This document shows, one piece after another, positions 13,580-27,521 of a stretch of 64,000 nt of DNA (positions within the stretch are counted from its first letter, which is position 1; every line of letters starts with the position of its first letter). The stretch is from assembly GCA_951406725.2 (NCBI GenBank), contig OX597828.1:35650001-35714000 (forward strand). The letters are read 5' to 3'. A program made the position numbers and the translations under genes. A model generated the notes under the pieces. The model saw only the letters and a program-made list of their open reading frames with translations, made no database searches and was not told the origin of the DNA. The stretch comes from Octopus vulgaris. Taxonomy: Eukaryota.

Positions 13580-13936
13580 AATCGAAATCGAATTGAACCA
13601 GCCAGGATCCCTGGTCTGGTGGTACGTAAAAAGCACTATCCGACTCGTGGCCGATGCCAGCACCGCCTCGACTGGCTTCCGTGCCGGTGGCACATAAAAT
13701 ACACCAATCTGACCGTGGCCGTTGCCAGCCCCGCCTGGCACCTGTGCAGGTGGCACGTAAAAAGCACCCACTACACTCACGGAGTGGTTGGCGTTAGGAA
13801 GGGCATCCAGCTGTAGAAACATTGCCAGATTAGACTGGAGCCTGGTGCAGCCTTCTGGCTTCCCAGAACCCCGGTCGAACCGTCCAACCCATGCTAGCAT
13901 GGAGAACGGACGTTAAACGACGATGATGATGATGAT
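13580..13936 (+). mobile_element. RTE-like LINE/SINE 3' tail ending in (GAT)n
   Basis: gttggcgttaggaagggcatccagctgtagaaac...ccatgctagcatggagaacggacgttaaacgacgatgatgat. Related copies at 8826-9075 (-), 9790-9965 (+), 41155-41228 (-) and about 41640-41757 (+). Confidence 0.7.
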
Positions 13937-14504
13937 GATACATACATATACATATACATATATATACAAACACACACATGCACACACACATACACACACA
14001 CACGCACACACACACATAATGTGCTGTATAGAGCATGGCCGCAGTCTGAGGTTTGCAAAAGCGTGTTCTGGGACAAGTAAAAGTTGAAAGATAAAATATA
14101 TATATATATATTTATCTATATATACATTTTTAAACACCCATATATAAGCATGCATACACATGATATGTAGGTATTTAGTCCTTTGTAAAATGGAAAATCT
14201 TCAGAATTACAATTAATTAATAACTAATTACTCATCTCTCCTCTGCCTTACTACCATCACCAACACTACCACACAACAAGGAGGTTTCTATGAAGTTGCT
14301 CAACATGCTAGAAATCATAGCCAAATCACCATCAAAACACATCCTAGCACTTTGAAAAGCAAAAAAAAGATGAGTACATTTATAATGTCCTATCAAAAAT
14401 GAACATTATTTACATTATTTACATTTGACAGATATTTGTCCTCATCAGGTGTCTTCAGAAAATTTCGAACCTGGGTTCTCATTCCTAAGTTATTTTTCCA
14501 TGTA

Positions 14505-14557
<53 letters not shown>

Positions 14558-14719
14558 GATTATTATTATTATGATTATTATTATTATTATTACTACTACT
14601 ATTATCATTCAGGTCACTGCCTGGAATCGAACTCGAAATCTTGTGGTTAGTAGCCCACGTTCTTAACCATTATGCCGTATGCTCGTGGGCAAGATTCCAA
14701 GTTTGATTCCAGCCAGTGA

Positions 14720-14785
<66 letters not shown>

Positions 14786-14786
<1 letters not shown>

Positions 14787-14868
14787 TTCCAACCTGTTGT
14801 CTCTTGAGGTCTCTGGGTGAGACTTGGAGCCAACTTGTACAAATATAAAGCAAAAGTCAAACATAGAA
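14786..14868 (+). mobile_element. Short insertion in (AAT)n, probable 3' tail of an R4-like LINE
   Basis: About 80 nt of unique sequence interrupting the AAT tract of one arm of the 14.4-15.1 kb inverted pair; absent from the other arm. Confidence 0.4.
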
Positions 14869-14926
14869 TAATAATAATATCGAAAACTACCTTAGGAATG
14901 AGAACCCAGGTTCGAAATTTCACCAA

Positions 14927-14972
14927 GACACCTGATGAAGGCTGGAGGGTATATCAGCCAAAACATTATGTT
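14927..14972 (+). ncRNA. Degenerate hammerhead motif in a SINE-like element
   Basis: GACAC CTGATGA a GGCTG-gagggtatat-CAGCC aAAACaTT aTGTT. Three G-to-A changes separate it from a canonical GAAAC-GUU-GUGUU motif. Confidence 0.55.
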
Positions 14973-15619
14973 AACAACAAACAAGATGAGGACAAAACTC
15001 CATCAAATGTAAATAATGTAAATAATGTACATAATTCCTCATCTCTTAAATATAGAACTGTATTATCAAAAAATAAAAAGAAAATGATAGGATGGTCATA
15101 GCTGGAATGCCTTTTTTGATAATTGGCCAAATTGGGTCTAAACGACAACAGCAACACATAATTTATGTCACTAAGACACTGAAGTTTCAAAAGTTGAATC
15201 CATCAAGCTTGTAAGTCGTCAGATATCACTAAGTGGAATAGTCTTTCAAGACAAATAGTACGGTAGTATTGTAAAAACTAAAGATATGAAATAAATAAAA
15301 TAAAAATTAAATAAAATAAAATATTGCCAAGGTATTTTTTTTTATTTTGTTTTTTGTTGACTAGCAGTGCCAAGCTATTTGATTATCAAAGATATGATGC
15401 TGCAAAATTATTATTTGCAATAAATTTTGTAATATAATACCTGTATTACAATAATACAATTTTCTCTGATAAGAAAAAAGAAATACAATTTATCATCACG
15501 ACTGCTGAACCAGACCAAGCCATTCACAAACAAAAAAAAAAAACCATAAAATATTTTAAAAAATAAGCTGCTTCAGAATCCAGTGTTAACTGTTTATAGA
15601 GATAACAAAATTTATTTAC

Positions 15620-16075
15620 AATATTACACTATAATGATATTTGCTTTCACCTACAATATTACAATTTAATACTATCTACATTCACCTACAATATCACAGC
15701 TTAACGATATGTGCATTTGCTAACGACATTAGAATCAAATGATGACTGCAGACACCTACATTATTGCAATTTAATGATAACCTGCATTCACCTTGAGTAT
15801 TTGAATTTGCGATGACTGCATACAACCAATAACATTACAGTCTAATGTTATCTGCATTCATCTTCAATATTACAATTTAATGATAACAAGAATTACCTAT
15901 GGTATTACAATTTAACGATGCTGGCATTCACCTACAATATTTCAATTTAGTGTTGACTGCATTCACCAGTAATAATATTATTCTAATGATCTCCAAATTT
16001 ATCCTTCGATATTACAATTTAATGATAACGGGAATAACCTACAATATTACAGTTTAATGACAAAGACATTTACCT
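15620..16075 (+). repeat. Degenerate minisatellite of about 37 bp
   Basis: Recurrent cacctacaatattacaatttaatgata..tgcatt units. Confidence 0.7.
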
Positions 16076-16143
16076 ATTATATTGCAAATTAATAATAATT
16101 GCATTCTCTGAGCATTTTGCCATCAGTGATAACCTACTAACAT

Positions 16144-16195
<52 letters not shown>

Positions 16196-16230
16196 CATCA
16201 TTATTATTATTACTATTATCATTATTGTTG

Positions 16231-16276
<46 letters not shown>

Positions 16277-16334
16277 CATTATTATTACAAGTTACAAGGT
16301 AGAGCTTTTCTTCTTCTTCTTCTTCTTATTATTA

Positions 16335-16383
<49 letters not shown>

Positions 16384-16544
16384 TATTAATATTATTATTT
16401 CCATCTAGTATTACACAGCATCACATATCATTAGATATCTTATCATTATCAGATCAACATGTCTTTCATAGCATGATGCAAGAGGAGAATGATCTGCATA
16501 TTTCAATGTCTTTGTTCCTTTCTTCTCATTTTTTTTATATTTCA

Positions 16545-16724
16545 ATCTATCTATCTATCAATTTGTCTATCTGTCTGTCTATCTATCTATCTATATCTAT
16601 CTATCTATTTATGTGTCTATCTGTCTGTCTGTCTATCTATCTATATCTATCTATCTATTTATGTGTCTGTCTGTCTATCTGTCTGTCTATCTATTAATCT
16701 ATCTCTCTATCTATCTATCTATCA

Positions 16725-16782
<58 letters not shown>

Positions 16783-16816
16783 TTATGTGTCTATCTGTTT
16801 TTCTGTCTATCTATCA

Positions 16817-16870
<54 letters not shown>

Positions 16871-17250
16871 TTATCTATCTATCTATTTATGTGTCTATCT
16901 GTCTGTCTATCTGTTTTTCTGTGTGCCTGTCTGTCTATCTGTTAATACGTATTTTTATCTATCTATCTATTTATCTGTCTGTCTTTCTTTCAGTCTGTTT
17001 TTCTGTCAGTCTGTCTGTCCATCAATATATCTATTTATGTATGTTTATCTATTTATTTTTGTATTCCTTTATATCTATATATCTCTTCATTTATCTATCA
17101 ATCCATCTGTTTATATATCTATAAGTGTTTATCTACTTATTTTTCTATTTATTTTTTATCAATCTACTAATCTATCCATCTATGTATGCATCTATCTATC
17201 TACTTATCATTCTAGTCATTTATCTATCTGTCCAGTTATCTATCTATGTA
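16545..17250. repeat. Compound (TATC)n/(TGTC)n microsatellite
   Basis: Direct inspection. An opposite-orientation (GATA)n/(GACA)n tract lies at 18640-18880. Confidence 0.9.
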
Positions 17251-17721
17251 TTTTTTTTTCCTCTTCCCCTTTTTTTCATTTCTCTTTTCTTTCGTTCCTT
17301 TTCCTTTTTTTTTATTTTTTGTTCTTTTTTTCCCTTTTACGATCCCTATTGATCGAAAACCTAAGCCACCTTTTTTATTTGTTTCTTTTGTTTTTTGTTT
17401 TTTGTTTTTTTTCATCCCCCAAAAGAAAAGCTCTACCTTGTAACTTGTCCCATCTATGTGCAGCCCTGTGTGGCCAATAAAGAAACTTATCTATGTATTC
17501 ATCACTTCATCTATCTCTCTAACTATCTATCTATCTATGTGGCTGATCATCAGCCTAATAATTTTGCCATCAATCCATTCATCTGCATATTTCTATTTGC
17601 ATATCTTTCTGTCTGTATGTATATTTGTCTTCCTAACTGTCTTCATCTCTCTCTCTCTCTCTCTCTCTCTGCTTCCCCCATGCCACCCAAATGGCCTTTT
17701 ATCATTACTATTATTATTGTG

Positions 17722-17753
<32 letters not shown>

Positions 17754-17924
17754 CATCATCATTTTTATCATTATCATTATTCGTTAAGCCAATCTTATTT
17801 GAATTTATATTTCACATGTTCACAGCCCTGCAATCTAATGATTTCCCATGCAAAATATATTACACTAAGTGGTCTACTTATATATCACATAATAACACTT
17901 ACTTCACCATTATATTAACTTAAC

Positions 17925-17980
<56 letters not shown>

Positions 17981-18668
17981 AAAAAAACAATAACAGCAAC
18001 AACAACAAAAAAACCTCCCAGAAAATAACAGTTGCATTTCCTGGAAGTTCTTTCAAGTCATAGCTGTCATCGTGGTTACTTTGTCAGATTGTGAGACGGC
18101 AGCCTACACCCTGTTTCTACATGCAAACTTTTTTTCTTTTTTTTCTGGTAGCTGAGTTGGTTTGTTAATTATTTTCTGAGTTAATCTATGGGTGGAGTGT
18201 GGTGAGGGTGAGGGATGAAGAAGGTTGAGGCTGTCTCATATATTGATGGGTCATGAATATGTGATTCTGTAGTAGCTGGGTGGTTAGATGGGTGGGTAGT
18301 GGGCTGGTTGGTTGGTTGGTGAATAGAAGAAGAGGGGTGTTGGAATTGTAGCTCCATAATCAGAACAGATTCTTTCACTAGAGATTCTTGCATATTGTCA
18401 CTTGCCGATTCTCTGCTACTATCGTTTATTTTTTTATTTTATTTTATTCTATTTCATTCATTTTTATTTATATATTTATCCATATATTATTTTTGTTGCT
18501 ATTGTTGTTCTTGTTGACTAACATTCTCTGCTGGATCAGCCAAGTCTGTTTGTCCACATTTTCATCTTCACTTCTGCTAGTATAGGCATACACACACACT
18601 CTCACATACACACACACACACACAAACATAATATATATAGAGAGAGATAGACAGACAGACAGACAGAC

Positions 18669-18743
<75 letters not shown>

Positions 18744-18846
18744 TAGATAGATAAATAGACAGATAGATAGATAAATAGACAGACAGTAAGATAGATAGAT
18801 AGACAGACACAGAAAGAAAGATAAATAGATAAATAGATAGACAGAC

Positions 18847-18878
<32 letters not shown>

Positions 18879-19172
18879 GATACAAAAATAAAAAATAGAT
18901 ACAAGGACATGGTGAAAGAACACTAAACGAGGTGTATTAAGTTTACACTAAGGAAAATGGAAGAAGTCTTTAATGTTGCAGGCTCTTTTACAGAAAGGAT
19001 AGATACAAAAAGATGGAGATGGTGAGGAAAAACAAAAAGCAAAGCATTTGAAAGCATGCTGAAATGATAGGAAGAGGAAGAAATTGGCTTGAGGCATGGA
19101 TGGCAAGGGGGACAACAGTGACCTGACATGTGTGTGCATGGATGCATATGCACGCGTGTGTATAAAGCAACA

Positions 19173-19415
<243 letters not shown>

Positions 19416-19582
19416 CAAAATAGGACGAGAACAGCAAAACATCCAAATAGACAATACAAAGAAAACCAGGACAGATCATTTAGAGTTTTCTTTCCTCAGT
19501 CGAGTTCCAGATTATCTTCGCAATTTCGGTTGGTCATACTCGAGATTGCTCCAATCTGCCACATACATACACATATACATAC

Positions 19583-19720
<138 letters not shown>

Positions 19721-19749
19721 TATATATACATATATATATATATACATAC

Positions 19750-19795
<46 letters not shown>

Positions 19796-19957
19796 TAGAG
19801 GGCATTATTATAGAGGGCATTATATATATACATACAATATATATATATTTGTTCAAAAGAAAAAAATTATTTTCGGATTCTTTTCTTTTATGAGGTTTTC
19901 ACGCTAGCTACCCGATAATTTCTTGTTAAGATCCCTTATTAAGAGATTATCCTTAAT

Positions 19958-20017
<60 letters not shown>

Positions 20018-20188
20018 TCAATTCAAATAAACAATTTAATTAAATGAGTAAAGTTAATGGACAAGTGGACGTGCACAAGAATGTACTAGCTTGATGCTTC
20101 GTGATGTTTTAAGCATAGCTCTTTGTCGGAAAGAAGGAAGGGAAAAGTCCAAAGAAGTGAAAGAAATAATCTCTAACAACGTGTGTGT

Positions 20189-20406
20189 AGGGATGCTGAA
20201 AAGTTCCTAACTTTAAGGGATTCATGAAAGGCCTGGTCGGAGGCCCAACCTTCGAAGCTCTTTTACAGGGCTTACAGAAACTGAAGGACCACTGCAATAA
20301 GTGTGTGAATCTGAGAGGGGAATATGTTGAATAAAATCATAATTAACAACTGACCCTCTTGTAGTTTCTTTTACCCAAAGCCAGGAACTTTTCAGCACCC
20401 CCTCAT
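20189..20406 (+). mobile_element. Internally deleted mariner (MITE-like)
   Basis: TIRs gggatgctgaaaagttcct / aggaacttttcagcacccc. Retains the transposase C-terminus KLKDHCNKCVNLRGEYVE*. Confidence 0.8.
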
Positions 20407-20412
20407 GTATAC

Positions 20413-20465
<53 letters not shown>

Positions 20466-20489
20466 TATATGTATGTATCTATCTATCTA

Positions 20490-20563
<74 letters not shown>

Positions 20564-20641
20564 CGTATACATATATACATATACATACATACATACATAC
20601 ATACATACATACATACATGCATACATACATACATACATACA

Positions 20642-20670
<29 letters not shown>

Positions 20671-20672
<2 letters not shown>

Positions 20673-20814
20673 CTGAAGAGAGTCATCTTATAATGATTTT
20701 AATTTTATAAATTAATTATCTAAAGATTACTGAATCGAAATACCTGTCAGAGATGTCATATTTTATAATTAATAAATAATATTTTATTAATTACCTCTCC
20801 ATTTCCTCCTTATT

Positions 20815-20818
<4 letters not shown>
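20671..20818 (+). mobile_element. Penelope-like 3' fragment with a degenerate hammerhead, inserted in microsatellite
   Basis: CTGAAGA, long AT-rich stem II, then GAAAtacctGTC. The tail ttaataaa..ttattaattacctctccattt is shared with 6902-6990, which follows gaaacagctgta. Both end at (TA)n. Confidence 0.5.
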
Positions 20819-20885
<67 letters not shown>

Positions 20886-21140
20886 TAATAAATAAAACAT
20901 ATGCATATATATATATACATATATGTACGTACCTACCTCTACATGTATATATACACGCATATATGAGTACAGGACACCAAAAAAACATCGAACACAATTA
21001 CCACAAATGAAACGCTTGACTAAGAAGACAACACAAATGCCACTAGTTTTATAGCCATTAATGAAGATAGAGGTGAGACTATTAGAAACGAAAGAGCTGG
21101 AGCTTACACATGCACCATAAAGAAGCAAAACTAAGTAAAC

Positions 21141-21205
21141 CAGTGGTACCCGACCTTCTTTGCACCATGGATCAGTTTCGTGCCAGACAGTTCTTCCATG
21201 AATCT
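21141..21205 (+). mobile_element. Possible hAT/Charlie-type terminal fragment
   Basis: cagtggtacccgaccttctttgcaccatggatcagtttcgtg resembles Charlie/MER1-type termini. Recognised from memory; only one end seen. Confidence 0.35.
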
Positions 21206-21295
21206 GAAGACCATGTGCATAACAAAAGACAATATGTAATTTAATTATTACACATCTAATTCATATACAATATATATGTATGACATAAAAGGCTA

Positions 21296-21622
21296 TACGA
21301 GGAGGTACCCAAGAGTAACTGGAAACATTCTCTGTGGAACAAGCCCGTTGTAGTTCAGGCTTCTGCCACTAAACGCCACTTGATGTGACCCCTGGGCATC
21401 AATCTACTGACTGGCATCGTCAGGTTAAGTCTTACTGTCACGTGGTGTGTCTTTGTTTTGCAGTGCTTCTACCCTATTCGTTGATTGTTGTGGTGGCTGA
21501 AACGAAAGAACAGCGTGCTTCCGTAAAATTCTGTTTTCTGCTGGGGAAAACGGCAGCTAAAGCAGTCGTCATGCTTCAAACAGCTTACAAGGACGCTGCC
21601 AGGAGCGAAACTCAAGTTTACG
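21296..21622 (+). mobile_element. 5' fragment of another mariner
   Basis: Starts tacgaggaggtacc (TA plus mariner-like TIR). Encodes EQRASVKFCFLLGKTAAKAVVMLQTAY, the mariner N-terminal HTH. Truncated at a TA run and a SINE. Confidence 0.8.
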
Positions 21623-21634
21623 ATATATATATAT

Positions 21635-21894
21635 CACCGTGACTGACCAGGCTATCAGATGTTGCTACACATCGCTGGTTACAATGCGCTTCGTATTGTT
21701 TAAGCCTTCAAATGACGACGCCCCGTGGGCTAAGCGAGCAGGCCAACAGAAGAAAGAGTAAGAGAAAGTTGTGGCGAAAGAGTGGAGCTTCAGGTGTTTT
21801 CACTCAATAAACACTCACAATGCCTGGTCTGGGAATCAAAACCGTGATCCTCCGACCGCGAGTCTGCTGCCCTAACCACTGGGCCATTGCACCT

Positions 21895-21897
<3 letters not shown>
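21635..21897 (-). mobile_element. tRNA-derived SINE, family A
   Basis: Reverse complement of 62642-62943; head tggaggtgcaatggcccagtggttagggcag. Confidence 0.8.
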
Positions 21898-21990
<93 letters not shown>

Positions 21991-22103
21991 GTATCTATAA
22001 TGTCTATGTATTTATATATATATGTGTATGCATGTATGTATGGTTATATATATTATGTGTGTGTGTATGTATGTATGTATATATATTTATTTATACACTT
22101 TAT

Positions 22104-22158
<55 letters not shown>

Positions 22159-22610
22159 TTACATAAATATATATGTCTTTTAGTATTTGAGAACCAATCC
22201 TCCACTATGCCACGCCTCTATAAGCAAAATAGTAAAGGTTTAAACAGGTTCTGGTCCAGGATGCTTTTAACAAAGTTTTTTCCAGTCAGAGAAACTGCCT
22301 ATCAACTTTGGTATTTGTTCCACTCTACACAGAAGAATATTCTTCTGATTTATTGTTTCATTTTGCTTTTTCTCAATGATTAGAGGAATATTAATCTTTT
22401 CAATCAACTACTGAAAGATATTATGGTAATGTGGAATGAAAAGCAAATTCATATCAGATGGGATTTGAAGTCAAAACAAGATTAAATATTGTAATACATT
22501 TAATCTGGTGTTATCCTATTTCTTCTATGAAATTATGTCAAAGATTATTTTGTAAAAACTTTTGTTTACGAATTTGTTCCAATACTCACACTTAAACACA
22601 TATAAACACA

Positions 22611-22685
<75 letters not shown>

Positions 22686-22889
22686 GTGTGTGTATATATA
22701 TATATAATGGATAATTAAATGAATGTGTGTGTATGTATATATGTGTATATATATATATACATACATACATATATACACACATATATATATATATATATAT
22801 ATGTATGAATATATATGTATATATATATGTATATATATGTATATGTATATATATACAGATATATGTATATATATATATATGTATGTATG

Positions 22890-22939
<50 letters not shown>

Positions 22940-24602
22940 TACATGCTCACACACACACACATGTGGGTTAAGATGGTTTTACTTAGCCAACGAAACTACT
23001 TCATTCAATTTATGTTATCAGTTTTGACATTCGGTTTTTTGTTTTTTTTTCAATGTTCTGTGCCGCTCAGAGACAAGCAGCCAACATCAAATACATAACA
23101 TAAAAGATTTTGTTTTAATTAGTTCCAACCAGCCGCCTATACAGTCTCTAAACCAAACCGTTATCTTATATACTCATTAATAAACCAAAACATTCTTCAT
23201 ATTAACCATGTGAACTGAATAACAAGAAGTATTTGGCAAAAGTTGTCAAACATTTCCTGTCTTTGAAGCTTAGAACAATCAATATATAGATTGTAGATAA
23301 TAATTAGGAAGTTTTACCATCAATGTAATTATTCATATTGGGATGGAATTCTTTCTTGTTAAGACATGCAACCACGTAGGGGGAGAAGTCTTTGAATAAG
23401 AACCAGTTGGCAAAGTTGTTAGAATGTTGGACAGCACGAACTATGCTATTTGTTGTGGTTCTCTGTTGTCTGTGTTTAAATCTCACATGGACCAACTTTG
23501 CCTTTCATCCTACCGTTAAAATTTTAATTCACAGTCTATTTGATCTGTTTTGTCTGTTTTGCCATTAGAGATATGTCGGGATTTTGGAAAAGAGCAGAAT
23601 GTATTGGCTGATGTGCAACAATTCGTCCTGATTGTTTTAAACCCATCCAGTCGGGTGACGACTGTACACCTGACCCTTTTATGGGGCCTCTGTAATTAGC
23701 TGGAAGAAAGTATCCTCAAACCAAAACCCAAGCCTGAAACTTGCAACACTGTAGACACTATTAAATGCATCTAAGGTGGCAGGAGGTGACAGATTGAGTC
23801 TACCACTCGAGTAAATTACAGCATGATTTGAACTCAGAAGGCAAAAAACTGGAATAAATACTGCAGGGTGTTCTGTCCAACATTCTTACAGTTCACCAAT
23901 TCACCACCCGGGATAGACCAATGGATTGTGGTATTTGTCCCATCCCATCCCTTTGCCTTCTGAATTCAAATCATGCTGTAGATAAATTGCATAGCAGACT
24001 TAATCCAGCCGAAGCTTGAGATATGTTTTACCAGACACAAGGTCAAGGTGTGTATGTCTTATGCAACATTACTCGAAAATAATTGTCCATATTGCTACCA
24101 ACATGATTATCTGAGATTTGTAGTGAAATTCTAATCCAAATACATATGGAATTTCCTGAAACGACTTTGGAATCTTAGCAACAATGAGCATTTCTGCCAT
24201 AGGTATCGTGTGACACGATTTGAGGAGAGATACAGACGCTTTGATCGATTATAGTACTTCACTGATAAACTTCCAACCCCACGTACAAAGGACTCTAAAT
24301 CAATCTCAGTAAGATTTGAACTCAGAAAATCTTGCTATGGATTCCGCCAAATCATCGCCTTTAATACTGAATGTAGAAAAAGGCTGTTTTCTTTGCCACC
24401 ACCACCACTACCTACCTTAATTATTCTTCAATTGAAGTTGAGGTTGAATGGTTTCGTTCTGTGACACTGAAATCAGAGCGTGACGATGTAGATAGATTTT
24501 ACGTGATCCTCAACGAAACTCGGAGGTAACGCAAATTAATCTCACATAACTGAAATTAGATCAACAAAGCATCAACAGACTATATACGTATATAAGTGAC
24601 CG

Positions 24603-24844
24603 TTCGCTATACAGTTTGTTCTAATAGAGTGCCGTTGATATGAGCTCTCCTTCCACTTTTATGAATACATAAGTCAACCGGTGGTTTGTTGTGAGAATTT
24701 CTAAACGCGGGATTGGGAGCTTAGAAGCTTGTTCGCTTAACGATTAGAAATTTTCTCAACAATCCGCGAGTTGACTATGTATTCATAAAGGTGGAAGGAC
24801 AGCATATATGAAAGGTACTCTATTAGAACAAGCTGTATAGCGAA
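24603..24844. repeat. Diverged inverted repeat with arms of about 100 bp
   Basis: ttcgctatacagtttgttctaatagagtgcc... / ...ggtactctattagaacaagctgtatagcgaa, spacer about 39 nt. Confidence 0.8.
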
Positions 24845-26086
24845 GAGTTTTTCTCGTGATTATATTCAGTCAACCAGTTGAAATTTGAAAAACAAATCAT
24901 AAATATAACACGTACATAAGTGGTAGGAGCGATTGCAGAAACAGTTAGCTTTTAATCTAAATATTTTATATATAGAAAAAAAAATAGTACTTCTCTTTTT
25001 TATTTTATTTTTTCTAATAAAAACTTAACCATGGTTCGATAGAAAGGGGAGACCCCATACACGCGCACACACAAACATACACACACGTACGTATGACAAT
25101 AATTCATTTATTTCTTATTGGTGGATGGAGAAGTAAAAGATCATACCTTTATGAAGAATTTGGGCGCGACTTGGAAAGAATTAAACCTATTTATATGTAT
25201 TTCAGTTACTCGTATAACGAACAATTTGGTTAACGAACAAAGCTCCAAGATGGATTATGTTCGTATATAGCGACCCACTATCTATGTATTTGATTAGATC
25301 GGGCGGTCTACTAGCACAAATCAATAACTAGTATTTACTGATTTATAAAGCTTTCCGTCAGCTCAGAGTTATTTTTATTAGGTATCTGCTACTGAAGACG
25401 GTAAAAAGGGCAAGATATGCGCATCTAGTTGTCCACAAGGGACGCTTTGAGCTGATACTACCTTGTATCTGAAATTACCTTATATCATTAAAAGTGAAAC
25501 TTTTATTCTTCACGGTAAACTCCAATGAGTCTTTAGAGGTTGAAATATGCCCCTAACATTTTTGATCTAACCTAAAGTGTGTGTGTGTGTGTGTGATTAT
25601 TTAAAAATACTACCTATCGCTGGAATCAAGCAGATATATGAACGTCACAAGTAAACGAATGATCAAACAAGGGCGATAACTTACTTTCATATTCGCTATG
25701 AACTGACAGCGTTAAAAATATATAGTTTCTATTCGATTCGCTTAAACCAATAAATTTCATTAATAACACTTTTTTGTTCTCAAAATTCGTTAGACGATGT
25801 TAGTTTATTTTCGCTTTTTTCTGTTTTATTTTAACTACATAAACAAGAAACTAAACTAATCAAGCGACGAAATGCTATCGTGAGGACTTAATCTAAGAGA
25901 GATAACTCTAATATATATTTGTTTGTCAATTAAGTGTTATCCACCTTGGCTGTTTTGCCGTCCTGTTTTTTTGTTTTTTTTAAATTCCATTTGTATCGAT
26001 TGTATTCCATCTGTTCGGTTCCTTTCTCTGTCAGTTTTGTCACTGTGATTTGCTCTTTACTATTAGCCAAAATTATTTACATTAAT

Positions 26087-26250
26087 CAGGCACAGGCGTG
26101 GCTATGTAGTAAGAATTTTGCTTCCCAACAATTTCGTCCCGATTTAGGTCCCGCTACGTGGCACCTTGGGCATGTATCTTCTACTATGGCCTCAGGCCGT
26201 CCAAAGCCTTGTGACTGGATTTGATAGACGGAAACTGGAAGAAGCTCCTA

Positions 26251-26346
<96 letters not shown>

Positions 26347-26589
26347 TTATATATATTATCTATGTATGTACGTGCGTGTGTCTTTGTGTCTGTGTTTGAC
26401 CCCGCCCCATCATTGCTCGACAACGGGTGTTGATGCGTTTACAAGTCCATAACTTAGTGGTTCGGCAAAAGAGGCCGATAGAATAAGTACTCGGTTTTAA
26501 AACTAAGCCCTTGGGTGGATTTCTTCAACTACTAACCCTCCAGCATGGCCGCAGTCAAATGATTGAAACAAATGAAAGAATAAAAGAAT
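26087..26589 (+). mobile_element. SINE family C with internal (TA)n/(TG)n
   Basis: Colinear with 48555-49030. Confidence 0.75.
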
Positions 26590-26629
26590 AATTTCTTTTT
26601 CTAATTCCTGCGACTGTACTATTTTTTTT

Positions 26630-26753
26630 TATAATGCGTGGTAAGATGTTTGCTTCGCACCCAATCACATGGTTCCAGGTTCGGTCCTACTCTGCGGAAC
26701 TTTGTCTTCCTTATGAGTGGATTTTAGTGGACAGGAACAGAAAGAAGACGCCT

Positions 26754-26798
<45 letters not shown>

Positions 26799-27030
26799 TG
26801 TGTGTGCGCGCGCGTGTGTGTGTGTGTATTTGTCCCCCACCACCGCTTAACAGCTACTGTTTGTGTGTGTATGTCTCCGTAACTTAACGGTTTGACAATA
26901 GAGTGTGTTACAATTAGTACCAGGCTTTAAAACAATAAGTATCCGAGTCGATTTATTCGACTAAGATTTTTTCAAGATTTTGCCTCAGCATGGCCGCAGT
27001 CTAATGACAGAGACAAGGAATAATTAAAAG
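26630..27030 (+). mobile_element. SINE family C, degenerate
   Basis: Shares atggttccaggttc, tttgtcccccac, aacttaacgg and cagcatggccgcagtc with family C. Confidence 0.65.
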
Positions 27031-27045
27031 ATCTGTTGTCGCTTT

Positions 27046-27313
27046 TTTCTTTTATTCTTTTACTTGTTTCAGACATTTGACAGTGGCCGTGCTGGAGCAC
27101 CACCTTTACTACAGCAAATCTACCCCACGACTTATTCTTTGTAAGCCCAGTACTTATTCTATTGGTTCCTTTTGCCAAAGCGCTAAGTTACGAGGACGTA
27201 AATACACCAGCATCGGTTGTCAAGCGATGGTGAGGGACAAACACAGACACACATACATATATATATATATATATACACATACATATATATATGTATATAT
27301 ATATATATGTATG

Positions 27314-27368
<55 letters not shown>

Positions 27369-27521
27369 GATGGGCTTCTTTCAGTTTCCGTCTACCAAAT
27401 CCACTCACAAGGCTTTGGTCGGGCCGACGCTATAGTAGAAGACATTTGCCCAAGGTGCCATGCAGTAGGACTGAACCCGGGTCCATGTGGTTGGTTAGCA
27501 AGCTACTTACCACACAGCCAC
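27046..27521 (-). mobile_element. SINE family C
   Basis: Colinear with 59221-59609. Confidence 0.8.

Larger units (their letters stand above)
14398..15060. mobile_element. Inverted pair of a tRNA-headed, (AAT)n-containing, hammerhead-tailed element
   Basis: Nested inverted matches 14607-14643/14690-14727 and 14398-14490/14890-15033. A and B boxes on the minus strand at 14667-14677 and 14623-14634. Confidence 0.7.
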
